Of a stretch of 64,000 nt of DNA, positions 53,212 through 62,711 are shown piece after piece. The position numbers and the translations under genes were made by a program. Position 1 is the first letter of the stretch, and each line of letters begins with the position of its first letter. Source of the DNA: Dehalococcoidia bacterium (GTDB lineage: Bacteria > Chloroflexota > Dehalococcoidia > Lucifugimonadales > UBA3495); the NCBI GenBank assembly GCA_965220105.1, contig OZ244811.1, positions 709,157 through 773,156 on the forward strand, written 5' to 3'. The notes under the pieces are model-generated. The model was given only the letters and a program-made list of their open reading frames with translations. It was not told the origin of the DNA and made no database searches.

Positions 53212-53537
53212 CAGCGGCGGCCGCTAACAGACCCAGTCGGCGCCACCCGGCTCACCGTGCTCCGGTACAGGCTGGAGTCGGGATAGGCGCCGTAGTAGTT
53301 GCGCTTGTGGATGTTGGCGAAACGGGCGTTGGCCGGAGTGAGCGCGCAGCTCTCCGGCCGCTCGATCACGCTGGCCTGGATCAGCTCGTACATGGGCAGC
53401 TGCTGGCGCCAGCGGGTGCGGTGGTTGTGGCGCAGGGTGAAGGCGTGGTCGCGGTCGTAGGCGGCCAACTCCATCTGCACGACTTCGCAACGGCCGTCGT
53501 CGCCCTCGGCGCGGGTGGATGCTGTGGAAAGCAGCAT
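53208..53537 (-). CDS. Hypothetical protein
   Basis: Host-like codon usage; directly follows the 53543 stop; start uncertain. Confidence 0.4.
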   Translation of the reverse strand: MLLSTASTRAEGDDGRCEVVQMELAAYDRDHAFTLRHNHRTRWRQQLPMYELIQASVIERPESCALTPANARFANIHKRNYYGAYPDSSLYRSTVSRVAPTGSVSGRRC

Positions 53538-53542
53538 GACAG

Positions 53543-53752
53543 TCAACCAGAATTGCCGCGGCGTTCGGCGTAGTCGATGACGCCAGCCCGCACCAGGGCG
53601 TGGTTGAACGGGTTGCCGTACAGCTCGACGTCTTCGTCGATGAGGGCGAGGGTCCAATCCAGGCCCATGCGGTCCACATCGTGCAGGTACTCCCGGGCGT
53701 AGCGTCGGCAGATGCGCCGGGCCAGCCAGTAGCGCAGTTTCGCTATCGACAT
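53543..53752 (-). CDS. Small hypothetical protein
   Basis: RBS gagga before ATG; MSIAKLRYWLARRICRRY..; host-like codon usage. Confidence 0.55.
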   Translation of the reverse strand: MSIAKLRYWLARRICRRYAREYLHDVDRMGLDWTLALIDEDVELYGNPFNHALVRAGVIDYAERRGNSG

Positions 53753-53765
53753 GGTTGTCATCCTC

Positions 53766-53813
53766 GTCGGTTACGGACCCGGTCGGTTACGGACCCGGTC
53801 GGTTACGGACCCG
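53766..53813. repeat. Perfect 16-bp tandem repeat x3
   Basis: gtcggttacggacccg at 53766, 53782 and 53798. Confidence 0.95.
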
Positions 53814-54651
53814 CGCGGTGGACACGCACCGCGTAGTGCTGGATCGTCGTGCCGTCCTCGGCGGTTACGCTGATGGTTACGGTGGTGGTGAAGTCCTCGG
53901 CCAGTTCCACCAGGGCGGTGCCGTAGCCGCTGTCGGAGAGCGCGTCCTCGGGCATGGTTGATACGAGGAAGGTTGCGGCCGGATGCGTCGTCTGGGGCAG
54001 CGCCGCGGTTCGCACCGTTGAGTGCGGCACGCTCACGTCGTAGTCGAACACACCGGATGAGAAGGCAGGAGACCACTCGTCGGGCGACGTGCCGCCCAGC
54101 GTCAGCCCGTCCAGGGTGGCGTCGGTGGACGGCGCCGTTCGTGTAACGGCAACGGTGTAGGTCTTGGTGGTGTTGCGGTCGGCCGAGGTTACGACGATGG
54201 CGATGGCGTTGGCGACGCCCGCGGTGAGCCGGATCACGGCCGGAGCGTGGTCCGACTGCCGCACGCCGCCCAGGTTGATCTCGTAAGTCTCGCTGAGGTG
54301 GGCCAGCACCGGCCGCACGGTAGTGGTCGCCGTCCGGAATGGGACAGTGGCCGAGTACGCGGTCGTGCCCGGGTCGAAAGCAGGCTCCAGCGTCAGGCCG
54401 GTGAGGGTGAGTCCGTTCAGCGTGGCCGGATCCGGCGCCGGCGTGGGCGGCAGGGGATGATCCGCCCAGTCGGCGTAGGGCTGCTCGGTGAGAGCGCGGA
54501 CCACGATGGCCGCCGGCTGCTGCCAGCGCAGGTTCAACCCGTGGCAGTCGGACAGCGGCCCGGCCTGGATGCTGAGCCTGGCCGAGCGGTGGTGGGCGTC
54601 GATGTGGTCGCTGGCCAGCAACAGGCGGCCGCTGGCCTCCTTGAGCCGAAG
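53803..54651 (-). CDS. Protein (or 3' part of a split gene) with two cadherin-like beta-sandwich domains
   Basis: ATLNGLTL...LEPAFDPGTTAY.ATV...VTSADRNTTKTYTVAVTR and DATLDGLTL...SPAFSSG..DY.V.V...VTAEDGTT..Y.V.V.R. Confidence 0.8.
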   Translation of the reverse strand, partial: LRLKEASGRLLLASDHIDAHHRSARLSIQAGPLSDCHGLNLRWQQPAAIVVRALTEQPYADWADHPLPPTPAPDPATLNGLTLTGLTLEPAFDPGTTAYSATVPFRTATTTVRPVLAHLSETYEINLGGVRQSDHAPAVIRLTAGVANAIAIVVTSADRNTTKTYTVAVTRTAPSTDATLDGLTLGGTSPDEWSPAFSSGVFDYDVSVPHSTVRTAALPQTTHPAATFLVSTMPEDALSDSGYGTALVELAEDFTTTVTISVTAEDGTTIQHYAVRVHRAGP

Positions 54652-54655
54652 CTAG

Positions 54656-56106
54656 ACTTTGCGCAAAATTTAGAAAAAGTATAAAGACAGGGTAAGCTGG
54701 CTGGACCCCACTTTCGACGGAAAGGCCCAACCATGCTCACCCTGCCCGATGCCATTGTAGCCCTGCTCGTTCCCTTCGCAACGCTGTTCACCAACCCAAC
54801 TTGGCGGAAAGCCCAACTACTGTTGGTGGGCGCGATCCTCACCCCGGGCCAGCGCACCGTGGCTGCGGCGCTGCGTGTCATGGGCCGCAGCGACCAGCGC
54901 GACTACGCCCGCTATCATGCAGTGCTCAATCGGGCGGTGTGGTCGTCCCGTGAGGTGGCCCGCGTCCTGTTGGTGCTCCTGCTCCAGCACCTGGACCGCG
55001 GCGACGGCCCCTTGATCTTCGGCATCGACGAGACCCTGGAACGGCGGCGTGGCGCCAAGATCAGGGCACGGGCCATCTATCGTGACCCGGTACGTTCCAG
55101 CCGCAATCAGCTGGTCAAGGCTAGCGGGTTGCGCTGGATCTCTCTGATGTGGCTGGGACACGTCCCGTGGGCCGGACGCCATTGGGCCTTGCCGGTGCTC
55201 ACCGTGCTGGCGCCCTCGTCTCGGTACTACCAGCAACAGGGGCGCCGGCACAAGAAGGTCACCGACTGGGCGCGGCAGATGGTAATGCAGCTGCGCCGCT
55301 GGCTGCCCCAGCGCCCGCTGGTGCTGGTGGGCGACAACAGCTACGCCGTCCTCGACCTGCTCCACTGCTGCCAATCCCTCCGTGAACCGGTTACCCTGAT
55401 CGCCAGATTGCGCCTCGACGCCGCCCTCTATGCGCCAGCGCCGCCTCGTCAGCCAGGACAAAACGGCCGCCCACCGCTGAAAGGCGCACGGCGGCCATCG
55501 CTGAAAACGCTCCTCGACCAGGCCGACGTAACTTGGGACAGCGCCGAGGTGGACTGGTATGACGGCACCACCCGCATCGTGGAACTCACCTCCCAGACGG
55601 CGGTGTGGTACCGCTCGGGCAAGCCGCCCGTCATCATTCGCTGGGTGCTGATCCGCGACCCCCAGGGCGCCTTCGCCACCCAGGCTCTGCTCTGCACCGA
55701 CCCGGCGGTGGACCCGACCCAGATCCTCCAGTGGTTTGTCCTGCGCTGGCAATTGGAGGTCACCTTTCAGGAGGTCAGGACCCACCTGGGCGTGGAAACC
55801 CAACGCCAGTGGTCCGACCTGGCCATCGCCCGTACCACTCCCACCCTGCTGGGTCTCTTTTCCTGGACCGCTCTGGCTGCCCACGCGTTGCAAAAACAGC
55901 ACCCCATGACCCAGCGCACCGCGGCCTGGTACGACAAACCGTCGCCAACCTTCGTAGACGCCATCGCCCTGGTGCGACGCCACCTGTGGCTGGCGTCGGA
56001 GGGTTTTTCGACGTCAGTCGCCAACTCCGACACGCAGGAACTCCCTGTCGCTCTATACCACCGACTCGTAGATTCCCTCGCTTACGCCGCTTGAATTGCG
56101 CAAAGT
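54656..56106 (+). mobile_element. IS701-like element, copy B (transposase 54733-56094)
   Basis: TIR actttgcgca / tgcgcaaagt, CTAG on both flanks; 453-aa close paralog of copy A. Confidence 0.88.
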
Positions 56107-56856
56107 CTAGCGAAGGTGCGCGGCGCCTTCCGACCACGGCGCATCCGGCAAAGGCAGCCTGGCCAGCTGGGCCTGGCCGGTTTGGTGCGGGCCGGTCCAG
56201 ACGCTGAGGTTGGCGGATACGGTGGCATCCCGGGGCACCTCCAGTATGGCCACGCCGTCGGCGGCGATGACGATGGGTCGGCCGGCCCAGCCGATCCAGC
56301 TGACCGACGAGTCCAGTGGCGACGGCGTGGCCGTGGGATAGGGCGTGTACGTCGGCCGTGGCGTGCTGGCCAGCCACCCCGCCCGCGGCGTGGGCAACAG
56401 CGCCACCGCGATGCCGGCTCCATTATCGGTGTCGATGGTCCGCTCGACCACCGCGTACTCCTCGGGGTTCCGGGGCGGATCGGTGGGCAACGGGGTGTGG
56501 GTCGGGCGCGGAGTGGCCGTGGGCGACGCCTGGTCGCGGCCCTCCTGCACCGCCAGCGCCAGGTCCAGGCTGCAGGTCTGCCGGACGTCGTGGTGCGTCC
56601 AGTGAGAACCGCGCAGCGCTCCGTCCCCGTCGTAGACACCACTCTCCAGGTCCAGGCGCCCGTCCTGGTAGAGCTCGGCGATGACGTAGCCGGTGCGCGC
56701 CTCCTGCCGGACCTGGGGATGCAGCAGGGAGCCGGGCGGCGCGACACTGCCGTCAACGGTTTCGGTCCGCAGGCTCCAGGCGACCAGGACGGCCAATGCG
56801 ATGAGTACCACCACGGCCGCGGCGCCGGTGATCAGGATGCCGATGCGATCGTTCAC
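56107..56856 (-). CDS. N-terminally membrane-anchored hypothetical protein with PT-rich linkers
   Basis: One TM, PTATPRPTHTP and PRPTYTPYPTATP; TAG stop lies in the IS target site. Confidence 0.65.
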   Translation of the reverse strand: MNDRIGILITGAAAVVVLIALAVLVAWSLRTETVDGSVAPPGSLLHPQVRQEARTGYVIAELYQDGRLDLESGVYDGDGALRGSHWTHHDVRQTCSLDLALAVQEGRDQASPTATPRPTHTPLPTDPPRNPEEYAVVERTIDTDNGAGIAVALLPTPRAGWLASTPRPTYTPYPTATPSPLDSSVSWIGWAGRPIVIAADGVAILEVPRDATVSANLSVWTGPHQTGQAQLARLPLPDAPWSEGAAHLR

Positions 56857-56975
56857 GGGAATGCCTCAGTTGCTGCGCAGGAGGGCCCCTGAGGGCCTTC
56901 GAGGGTTCAAAGCGATGGGGGTTCCTCATTGAAAGGCCAAAGCGCGCGCCGTGCGGCTCCGGCGCGGGAATTGGC

Positions 56976-57506
56976 CTATTGCGGTGGCTCGGCCTGGGGC
57001 AGGTCGGGCAGGGGCACGTCGGCGGCCCTGAGCATCCAGCCCACGCGGCCGGGGATCCGGTGCCAGGGGTCCTGCTCCTGGCAGAGGTTGTCGGCGTAGA
57101 GCCTCATGAGCGCGTTCACCGCCACGGGCACGTCGACCATGATGTCGGCCTCAACGGTCTCAAGGGTGGCCACCTGCCCATTCTGGTCATAGCAGGCCGC
57201 CATCTCGTTGACGAAATGCACGAATGCGTACTGTTTGGGCAGCCGGTACTCCTCACGTGGAATCGTCGCCGGCTCCGGCGTGGGGATGGCCACTGCCGCT
57301 GGCTCCGGTGGGGGAGCGTCCGGACGGGCCGCCGCATCCATTGCGCACTGGACCGCCAGCAGGACCACCAGGCCTGCCGCGATGCTGCCGCCGATGAGCG
57401 AGCGCTTCGTGCGAAAGCGCGCGGGCACGCGGTCCAGCAGCTTCTGCGGTTCCGGTTGGGGTTCCGGTTGATCGATGGCGGTTTCGTTCTCAGGTTGTTC
57501 AGCCAC
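56976..57506 (-). CDS. Single-TM hypothetical protein
   Basis: RBS ggagga; start overlaps upstream stop; TM GGSIAAGLVVLLAV. Confidence 0.65.
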   Translation of the reverse strand: MAEQPENETAIDQPEPQPEPQKLLDRVPARFRTKRSLIGGSIAAGLVVLLAVQCAMDAAARPDAPPPEPAAVAIPTPEPATIPREEYRLPKQYAFVHFVNEMAACYDQNGQVATLETVEADIMVDVPVAVNALMRLYADNLCQEQDPWHRIPGRVGWMLRAADVPLPDLPQAEPPQ

Positions 57507-58038
57507 AGGACAATGCTCCTCCCGCGTTGAGTACTGCGGACACGACGCCCACGGCGGCTATGCCGAGGACCAGGCCCATCATGTAGATGTTGCTGAAGAC
57601 GCCGGCTCGTATTGCGAACTCCACGAGTCGAGCGAAGAGCGTGAGGGTGATGAGCGCTCCGACGCAGTTGATGATGATCTTGATCCAGTTGCCGAAGCCG
57701 TCGGACGGCAGCAGCTGCACCAGATCGTAGTTGAGGATGCCCAGGGAGATGATGGTCTTGATCAACGACACCATCCCGCAAAGCGGCGTCACAATGATCC
57801 ACCGGAATATGCTGATGCCGCCCTCGTCGCTCGGCTGGTCGACGCCGGATGGTCCACCGCCGGCAAGCCAGGCGGAGAACGTGTCGTACGGGTGCGCCGC
57901 GTCTCCGGTGGAGGGCAGGAACCCGGTCGCGCCGCCGTAAAAGGGGGTATCGCCCAGGTTGGTCAGGAATATCCCGGCGCCCCATATTGTCATGTGCAGG
58001 ATCACGGCGAAGATGAACAGCGGTATCAGATTGGTCAT
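57499..58038 (-). CDS. Multi-pass membrane protein (179 aa)
   Basis: ATG in TAATG overlap with the Fn3 gene; MTNLIPLFIFAVILH..; 3-4 hydrophobic helices. Confidence 0.75.
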   Translation of the reverse strand: MTNLIPLFIFAVILHMTIWGAGIFLTNLGDTPFYGGATGFLPSTGDAAHPYDTFSAWLAGGGPSGVDQPSDEGGISIFRWIIVTPLCGMVSLIKTIISLGILNYDLVQLLPSDGFGNWIKIIINCVGALITLTLFARLVEFAIRAGVFSNIYMMGLVLGIAAVGVVSAVLNAGGALSCG

Positions 58039-59579
58039 TACGCCCTCGATGCCAGGAAGAAGACTGCGGCGGATGACGCTGCGGCCAGCAGAACGATCCC
58101 GCCGGTCCAGAACAGGTTTCCCACGCCGAAGAGCGGCAGCAGCAGCGACGCGCCGCACATGCACAGCAGGATCAGCGCCTCGCGCCGCGGCGTCTTCATC
58201 GTGCGAAAGCGGAAGCCCGCAAACACGCCCCCGAAGACCGCCAGGCCCAACTGGGCTCCCACCGCGCCTCCGGGGACGCGGTCCGCCCACACCATGAGGC
58301 GCGCCGTTTCCGTGGTGGCGGTGTCGGCGGCGGATTTTGCGCCGTTGGCGGCGCCGGCGCGTGTGGCCGCCACGCGGACGAAATACTCGGTGCTGGCCTT
58401 GAGCCGCTCGATGATCGCGCGGGTGCCGATCACGCTCGCCTGGTCGGGCGCATCGAACGTGGCGGTGGTATCCCATTCGACTATGTAGCCGGTGGCATGC
58501 TGAGCCGCGTCCCACTCCACTTCGATTTCGGAGTCTGAGGTGCCGGTGGCGGCCACTCCCGTAACCTGGCCCGGCGTGGGCGCAGCTTCGGTGTCCTCGC
58601 TTACTTCCGCAGAGGGGGCCCCGTCCGCCGCGCCGGTCCTGGTGGCGGTGACGCGGAAGTAGTAGATCGTGGAATGGGTGAGCCCGTCGACGGTGTATGA
58701 GGCGGAGGTGGTGGTCGCGCTGCCGGTGTAGGTCCCGGAGGTCGTGCCCCACTCCACCCGGTAGCCGCCGGCCCGCAGCGCCGCGGTCCAGGTCACGGTG
58801 ATGGCGACGTCGGAATCGGCGGTAGGGAGGACGCCGGTCACCGGCCCGGGCGGCTGTAGCGTCGTGGTCGCATCGCGCGCGCTGGAGGGCGTGCCGTCTT
58901 CGACGCCGGTCTGGGTGGCGTACACCCGCACGTAATAGGTGGTGTCCTCCTGCAGTCCGGTGATCCGGTAGGTCACTGTCGATCCTGAGCCGATGGTGGC
59001 GTCGGACGGCGATCCGAAGGAGGAGTCCGTGTCCCACTGGACGACGTAGCCGTCGGCGTCGGTGGTCGCGCTCCAGGTGACGGTGATGCTGTCGTGGTCG
59101 TCGGCCGTGGCGCCCACTCCAGTAACCTGGCCCGCCGGTGGCGCGGCCTCGGGGGTGGCATCGTCAGCAGCGGACCATTCTCCTTCTGCCGTGTAGAAGC
59201 CGAACACGTTGACGCAAACGCCCCGGACCTGGACGAAGTAGGGGGCGCCCTCCTGCAGGCCGGTGATCTGGTAACGGTCGGTGGTGTCTGGTATGAAATC
59301 CTCGTCCTGCGGCGACGCGAAGCCGGAGTCGTCGTCCCAACGCACCTCGTAGTACAGGCTATTGCTGCCGCACGTGGACGTGACGGCGTTCCAGGACACG
59401 GTGATGCTGTCGTGGTCGTCGGCGCTGGCGCTCACTCCCGTCACCTGCGGCAGCGCGCCCTGCGCCTCGACCCGGTCGCCGCACCAGGCGACGGCGACGA
59501 CCAGGGCGATGATCGCGACCGCCAGGCCCAGTTGGAGGCGAAACCGGAGACCGACCGGATGGCGGCGGAAATATCTCAT
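58038..59579 (-). CDS. Surface protein with four fibronectin type III domains and a C-terminal 3-TM anchor
   Basis: Four (P)GQVTGV.A....SITV.W.A...A.GY.V.W......GL...T.Y..RV units; signal peptide; ATGA overlap. Confidence 0.88.
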   Translation of the reverse strand: MRYFRRHPVGLRFRLQLGLAVAIIALVVAVAWCGDRVEAQGALPQVTGVSASADDHDSITVSWNAVTSTCGSNSLYYEVRWDDDSGFASPQDEDFIPDTTDRYQITGLQEGAPYFVQVRGVCVNVFGFYTAEGEWSAADDATPEAAPPAGQVTGVGATADDHDSITVTWSATTDADGYVVQWDTDSSFGSPSDATIGSGSTVTYRITGLQEDTTYYVRVYATQTGVEDGTPSSARDATTTLQPPGPVTGVLPTADSDVAITVTWTAALRAGGYRVEWGTTSGTYTGSATTTSASYTVDGLTHSTIYYFRVTATRTGAADGAPSAEVSEDTEAAPTPGQVTGVAATGTSDSEIEVEWDAAQHATGYIVEWDTTATFDAPDQASVIGTRAIIERLKASTEYFVRVAATRAGAANGAKSAADTATTETARLMVWADRVPGGAVGAQLGLAVFGGVFAGFRFRTMKTPRREALILLCMCGASLLLPLFGVGNLFWTGGIVLLAAASSAAVFFLASRA

Positions 59580-62074
59580 GCCCTGAGTTTCCTCAACTTG
59601 ATGAAGGCCCCGATCAATGCCAGCCCCAGCAGGGCCGCGCCGACCATCCACAGGGGCAGCCCCACCCACATGGTGGCGAGGAGCAGGGTGGCCAGCCCCA
59701 GGGCGACCCCGATGCCCAGGGAGAAGCCCGAAGGGCGACCCCGCGCCACCAGGGTGGGGGTGATTCCCAGGAACAACGCGAGCGCCAGCGCCAGCCCGTT
59801 CGTGGCCAGCTCCATGTTGCAGTCCACGTTGGCGCCGTCGCAGATGGCGCCAACCAGTATGCCCACGCCGATTGGGTCTTCACCCTGGACACCATAATCG
59901 GTTGGGCCGTCGACCGCGCCAGGCGCCGGAGCCGGTCCGCCGGCGACGAATATCGGGTACTGGGCCAGCAGGGAATAGTCGGCCTCCTTGATGATCTCCA
60001 GCGTCGAGCTGACGCCACCGTCGCAGACGTGGACGTAAATAGCGTCCAGCTGGTCCAGGTCATCCACCTGCGCTCCGGCCGTGCAGTCCAGCGTGGAGCC
60101 GGAGCTGCCGGTGACACGGACCGCGGTGGCGTTGGAGGAGCGGATGAGGGCCGGGAAGGATCCCGCGCCGCCCTCGACGCGGAAGCGGTAGACCTCGTTG
60201 TCCTCGTAGGCCACGCCCCGGGGGTCCGGCTCCAGGCGCACGTCCAGGTTGGGCTGAAAGCGCGGCGTGGGTGTGGGGATGGGCGTGCGGGTGGGCGGCG
60301 GCAGCCCGAAGGCCTGGAGGGACAGGTTGTAGGCGCCGCCCGCGGTGATGTTCTCCACGTTGATGCGGTACGATCCCGCGGCCACCGACTGGTAGAAGTC
60401 CGCCGGATTGCCCGAGGCGTCGGCGGTGGGCGTGGACGAGTCCGACGCCGCGCCCGGGCGCAGCTCGATGTTGGGGGTGAAACCCACGCCGGAGGCCGAC
60501 GCCGATACCGACGCCTGGAACTCCAGGTAGAAGAAGTACTTGCGGGTGTCGCCGCAGTCGGGGTCGTGGGCGCCGAAGACCTGGAGCTGTTCCGAGGACA
60601 GCGTGCCCAGGTTCACGTCGCAGCCGGACAGCATGGGCTGGGTCTGCAGCCTGGCGGAGAAGCCGCCGGTGGGGTTCGCCGAGTTGAATTCCCGCACCAG
60701 CTCGATGGTGTGCTGCCCCGCCTCGGCCTGGTACACGTAGGGCGTGGACGCGCCGCTGGCGGCGTCGGTGAGCGCGACCGGCTCGCCGCCGATGCCGCCC
60801 TGGCGCAAGAGGGGCAGGGGATTGATGGAGGACGACGTGGCCGTGATGCGCAGGTCCGCGGCATCGGCGAGGCGGAAGGTGTAGAAGGCCGACGGGCAGG
60901 TGGCGTCGATGTCCGCCTCCCAGTCGTGGGTGGCATAGCCGGCGTCCAGAGCGCCGGCGTCGGTGATGCAGGAGCCGGCGACCCTCTCCGTTTCCCGGGA
61001 AACGTTCATACGGGCCGGAACACTCAGGCCCGAGGTGATCACGTCCCCGACCATGCCCGACCCGTCGGCGGCAATCCGCTTCGCGCGGTTGCTGCTGTTG
61101 TCCAGCCAGTAGACGGCGCCGCCGTCCGGACTGACCACCAGGTCGGTGACCGCCCCACCGGCGGAGGTGGTCAGGGTCTCGAAGGTACCGGTCGCGCCGT
61201 CGACCGCCACCCGGCGCACCGCCTGGTCGTCCTCGTCCAGCCAGTAGACGAAGTCGTTGTCCGGGTCCAGCGTCAGGGCGACGGGATCGTCCATGGGCGT
61301 GTCGCCCGTGTTGCTGGCCAGCGTGGTCACGGTGTGGCTGCCGAAGGTCTGAACCCGCTTGATGGTGCTGGCGGCGCCGTTCCGGTCCAGCACGTAAACG
61401 TAGCTGCCGTTGCGGCCCACCTCAAGGTCCTGGGGATTGTTGAGGCCCGTGCTGACCAGGGTGGTGACGGTGTAGGGGCTGAAGGTGGCCACCTCCCGGA
61501 CGGAGTCGTTGCCGCTGTCGGCCCAGTAGAGATAGCTGCCGTCCAGCGCGATGGCGGCGACGTTGGACACCCCGTCCGACGAGTCGGCGATGGTGGTCAC
61601 GGTGTGGGACCCGAAGGTCTGGGCCCGCTTGATGGTGTCGTTGCCGTTGTCGGCCCAGTAGACGTAGGAATAGTCCACCGCGATGCGGTAGGGAGAGCTG
61701 ATGCCGGCGCTCACCAGGGTTTCCACGCTGCCCGTGCCGTCGGCGGACTTGCGGCGAATCTGGTTGTGGCCGTCGTCGGCCCAGTAGACGTAGTCGCCGC
61801 CCGGATCCAGGGCGAAGTCGTTGGTGGTGGACAGCTCCGTGTTGCTCACCACCGTCTCGGCAACTCCCGAGCCGTCCAGGCGGGCGCGCTGGATCTGGGG
61901 ATAGGCTGTGTCCAGCCAGTAGTACCAGTCCACCGTGCGGGTCTGGGAGGATTGGCGGGACGGCCCGGCCTCGGCGTCGGGTCCCCAGACCTGGAGGCTG
62001 ATGATCAGCATCACCGTCGCCGCGATGGCCAGCGCGAGAGCGCGGAGGGAGTGGAGTGTGAGGCGGCGGAGCAC
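59576..62074 (-). CDS. Surface protein: LDL-receptor YWTD-type beta-propeller, PPC-like beta domains, C-terminal 3-TM anchor
   Basis: YYWLD, YVYWAD x2, YLYWAD, YVYVLD, FVYWLD, AVYWLD, IQRARLDGS; two Cys-paired PPC-like units; signal peptide; start approximate. Confidence 0.85.
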   Translation of the reverse strand: MLRRLTLHSLRALALAIAATVMLIISLQVWGPDAEAGPSRQSSQTRTVDWYYWLDTAYPQIQRARLDGSGVAETVVSNTELSTTNDFALDPGGDYVYWADDGHNQIRRKSADGTGSVETLVSAGISSPYRIAVDYSYVYWADNGNDTIKRAQTFGSHTVTTIADSSDGVSNVAAIALDGSYLYWADSGNDSVREVATFSPYTVTTLVSTGLNNPQDLEVGRNGSYVYVLDRNGAASTIKRVQTFGSHTVTTLASNTGDTPMDDPVALTLDPDNDFVYWLDEDDQAVRRVAVDGATGTFETLTTSAGGAVTDLVVSPDGGAVYWLDNSSNRAKRIAADGSGMVGDVITSGLSVPARMNVSRETERVAGSCITDAGALDAGYATHDWEADIDATCPSAFYTFRLADAADLRITATSSSINPLPLLRQGGIGGEPVALTDAASGASTPYVYQAEAGQHTIELVREFNSANPTGGFSARLQTQPMLSGCDVNLGTLSSEQLQVFGAHDPDCGDTRKYFFYLEFQASVSASASGVGFTPNIELRPGAASDSSTPTADASGNPADFYQSVAAGSYRINVENITAGGAYNLSLQAFGLPPPTRTPIPTPTPRFQPNLDVRLEPDPRGVAYEDNEVYRFRVEGGAGSFPALIRSSNATAVRVTGSSGSTLDCTAGAQVDDLDQLDAIYVHVCDGGVSSTLEIIKEADYSLLAQYPIFVAGGPAPAPGAVDGPTDYGVQGEDPIGVGILVGAICDGANVDCNMELATNGLALALALFLGITPTLVARGRPSGFSLGIGVALGLATLLLATMWVGLPLWMVGAALLGLALIGAFIKLRKLRA

Positions 62075-62084
62075 GGTGGTCCCG

Positions 62085-62342
62085 TCAGTCAGTTTCGACG
62101 GCGTCGTCGAAAAGCCAGGCTTTGAACTCTGCGGGCGACTCGACAACCCCGGCGGATACGTTTGCTACCCAGGCCAACACGCAAAGCAGGAACAGGCAGG
62201 CATAGCAGAACGCAACCATGAGGCGCATCAGGAACGGTGATGGCAGTTTCAGGCGGCGGAGCATGGCGTCCCAGCGTTTCCCGGGAAACGCTGGGACCAA
62301 CCGGCCGACTAGCGTGTGTGCTGGGCGCTGCATGCTCTTCAC
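62085..62342 (-). CDS. Small single-TM membrane protein
   Basis: GTG 2 nt after upstream TAG; hydrophobic LMVAFCYACLFLLCVLAWVA. Confidence 0.55.
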   Translation of the reverse strand: MKSMQRPAHTLVGRLVPAFPGKRWDAMLRRLKLPSPFLMRLMVAFCYACLFLLCVLAWVANVSAGVVESPAEFKAWLFDDAVETD

Positions 62343-62344
62343 GT

Positions 62345-62695
62345 CTAACGACCGCAGGTCTTGCAGCGACGGCGGTAGAGTTTGTTGATGCCGGCGGTGG
62401 CCAGCATGGGCACGGCGCTGGCCAACAATGACCACAGGCCGTAGGCGGCGAGGACCGCGGATACTTCGGAGGTGAACCAGGAGTGCGACGTCGGCGCGAT
62501 CGCCAGGTACACGGTTTCCACTGCGGCCACGCCTAACAGCATGATCCCGCCGCCGAACAGCGTGGTCGCGCCGAGGTTCGAGAACATCACCACGACCAGC
62601 GGCCAAGTGCGGCCGCCGTAGTACACGGAACTCTGCTTCCAGCTGGACGCGATCCCACGTTGCAACGCTCGTATCATCATGTTGGTTATCTCCAA
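62345..62695 (-). CDS. Small membrane protein (2-3 TM)
   Basis: Hydrophobic segments; C-terminal CKTC; in the coupled operon. Confidence 0.6.
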   Translation of the reverse strand: MEITNMMIRALQRGIASSWKQSSVYYGGRTWPLVVVMFSNLGATTLFGGGIMLLGVAAVETVYLAIAPTSHSWFTSEVSAVLAAYGLWSLLASAVPMLATAGINKLYRRRCKTCGR

Positions 62696-62711
62696 TCCGC
62701 CAAAGCGGCCG

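Noticed and set aside
53766-53813. Possible mini-CRISPR
   Set aside because: 16-bp head-to-tail repeats with no spacers
57499-59037. 512-aa ORF as a single gene
   Set aside because: Its first two-thirds overlap the Fn3 gene out of frame; the real gene starts at ATG 58038
60029-62125. 698-aa plus-strand ORF, and similar long antisense ORFs (8666-10492, 7334-8641, 32887-34344)
   Set aside because: Shadow frames opposite well-supported genes, expected in high-GC DNA
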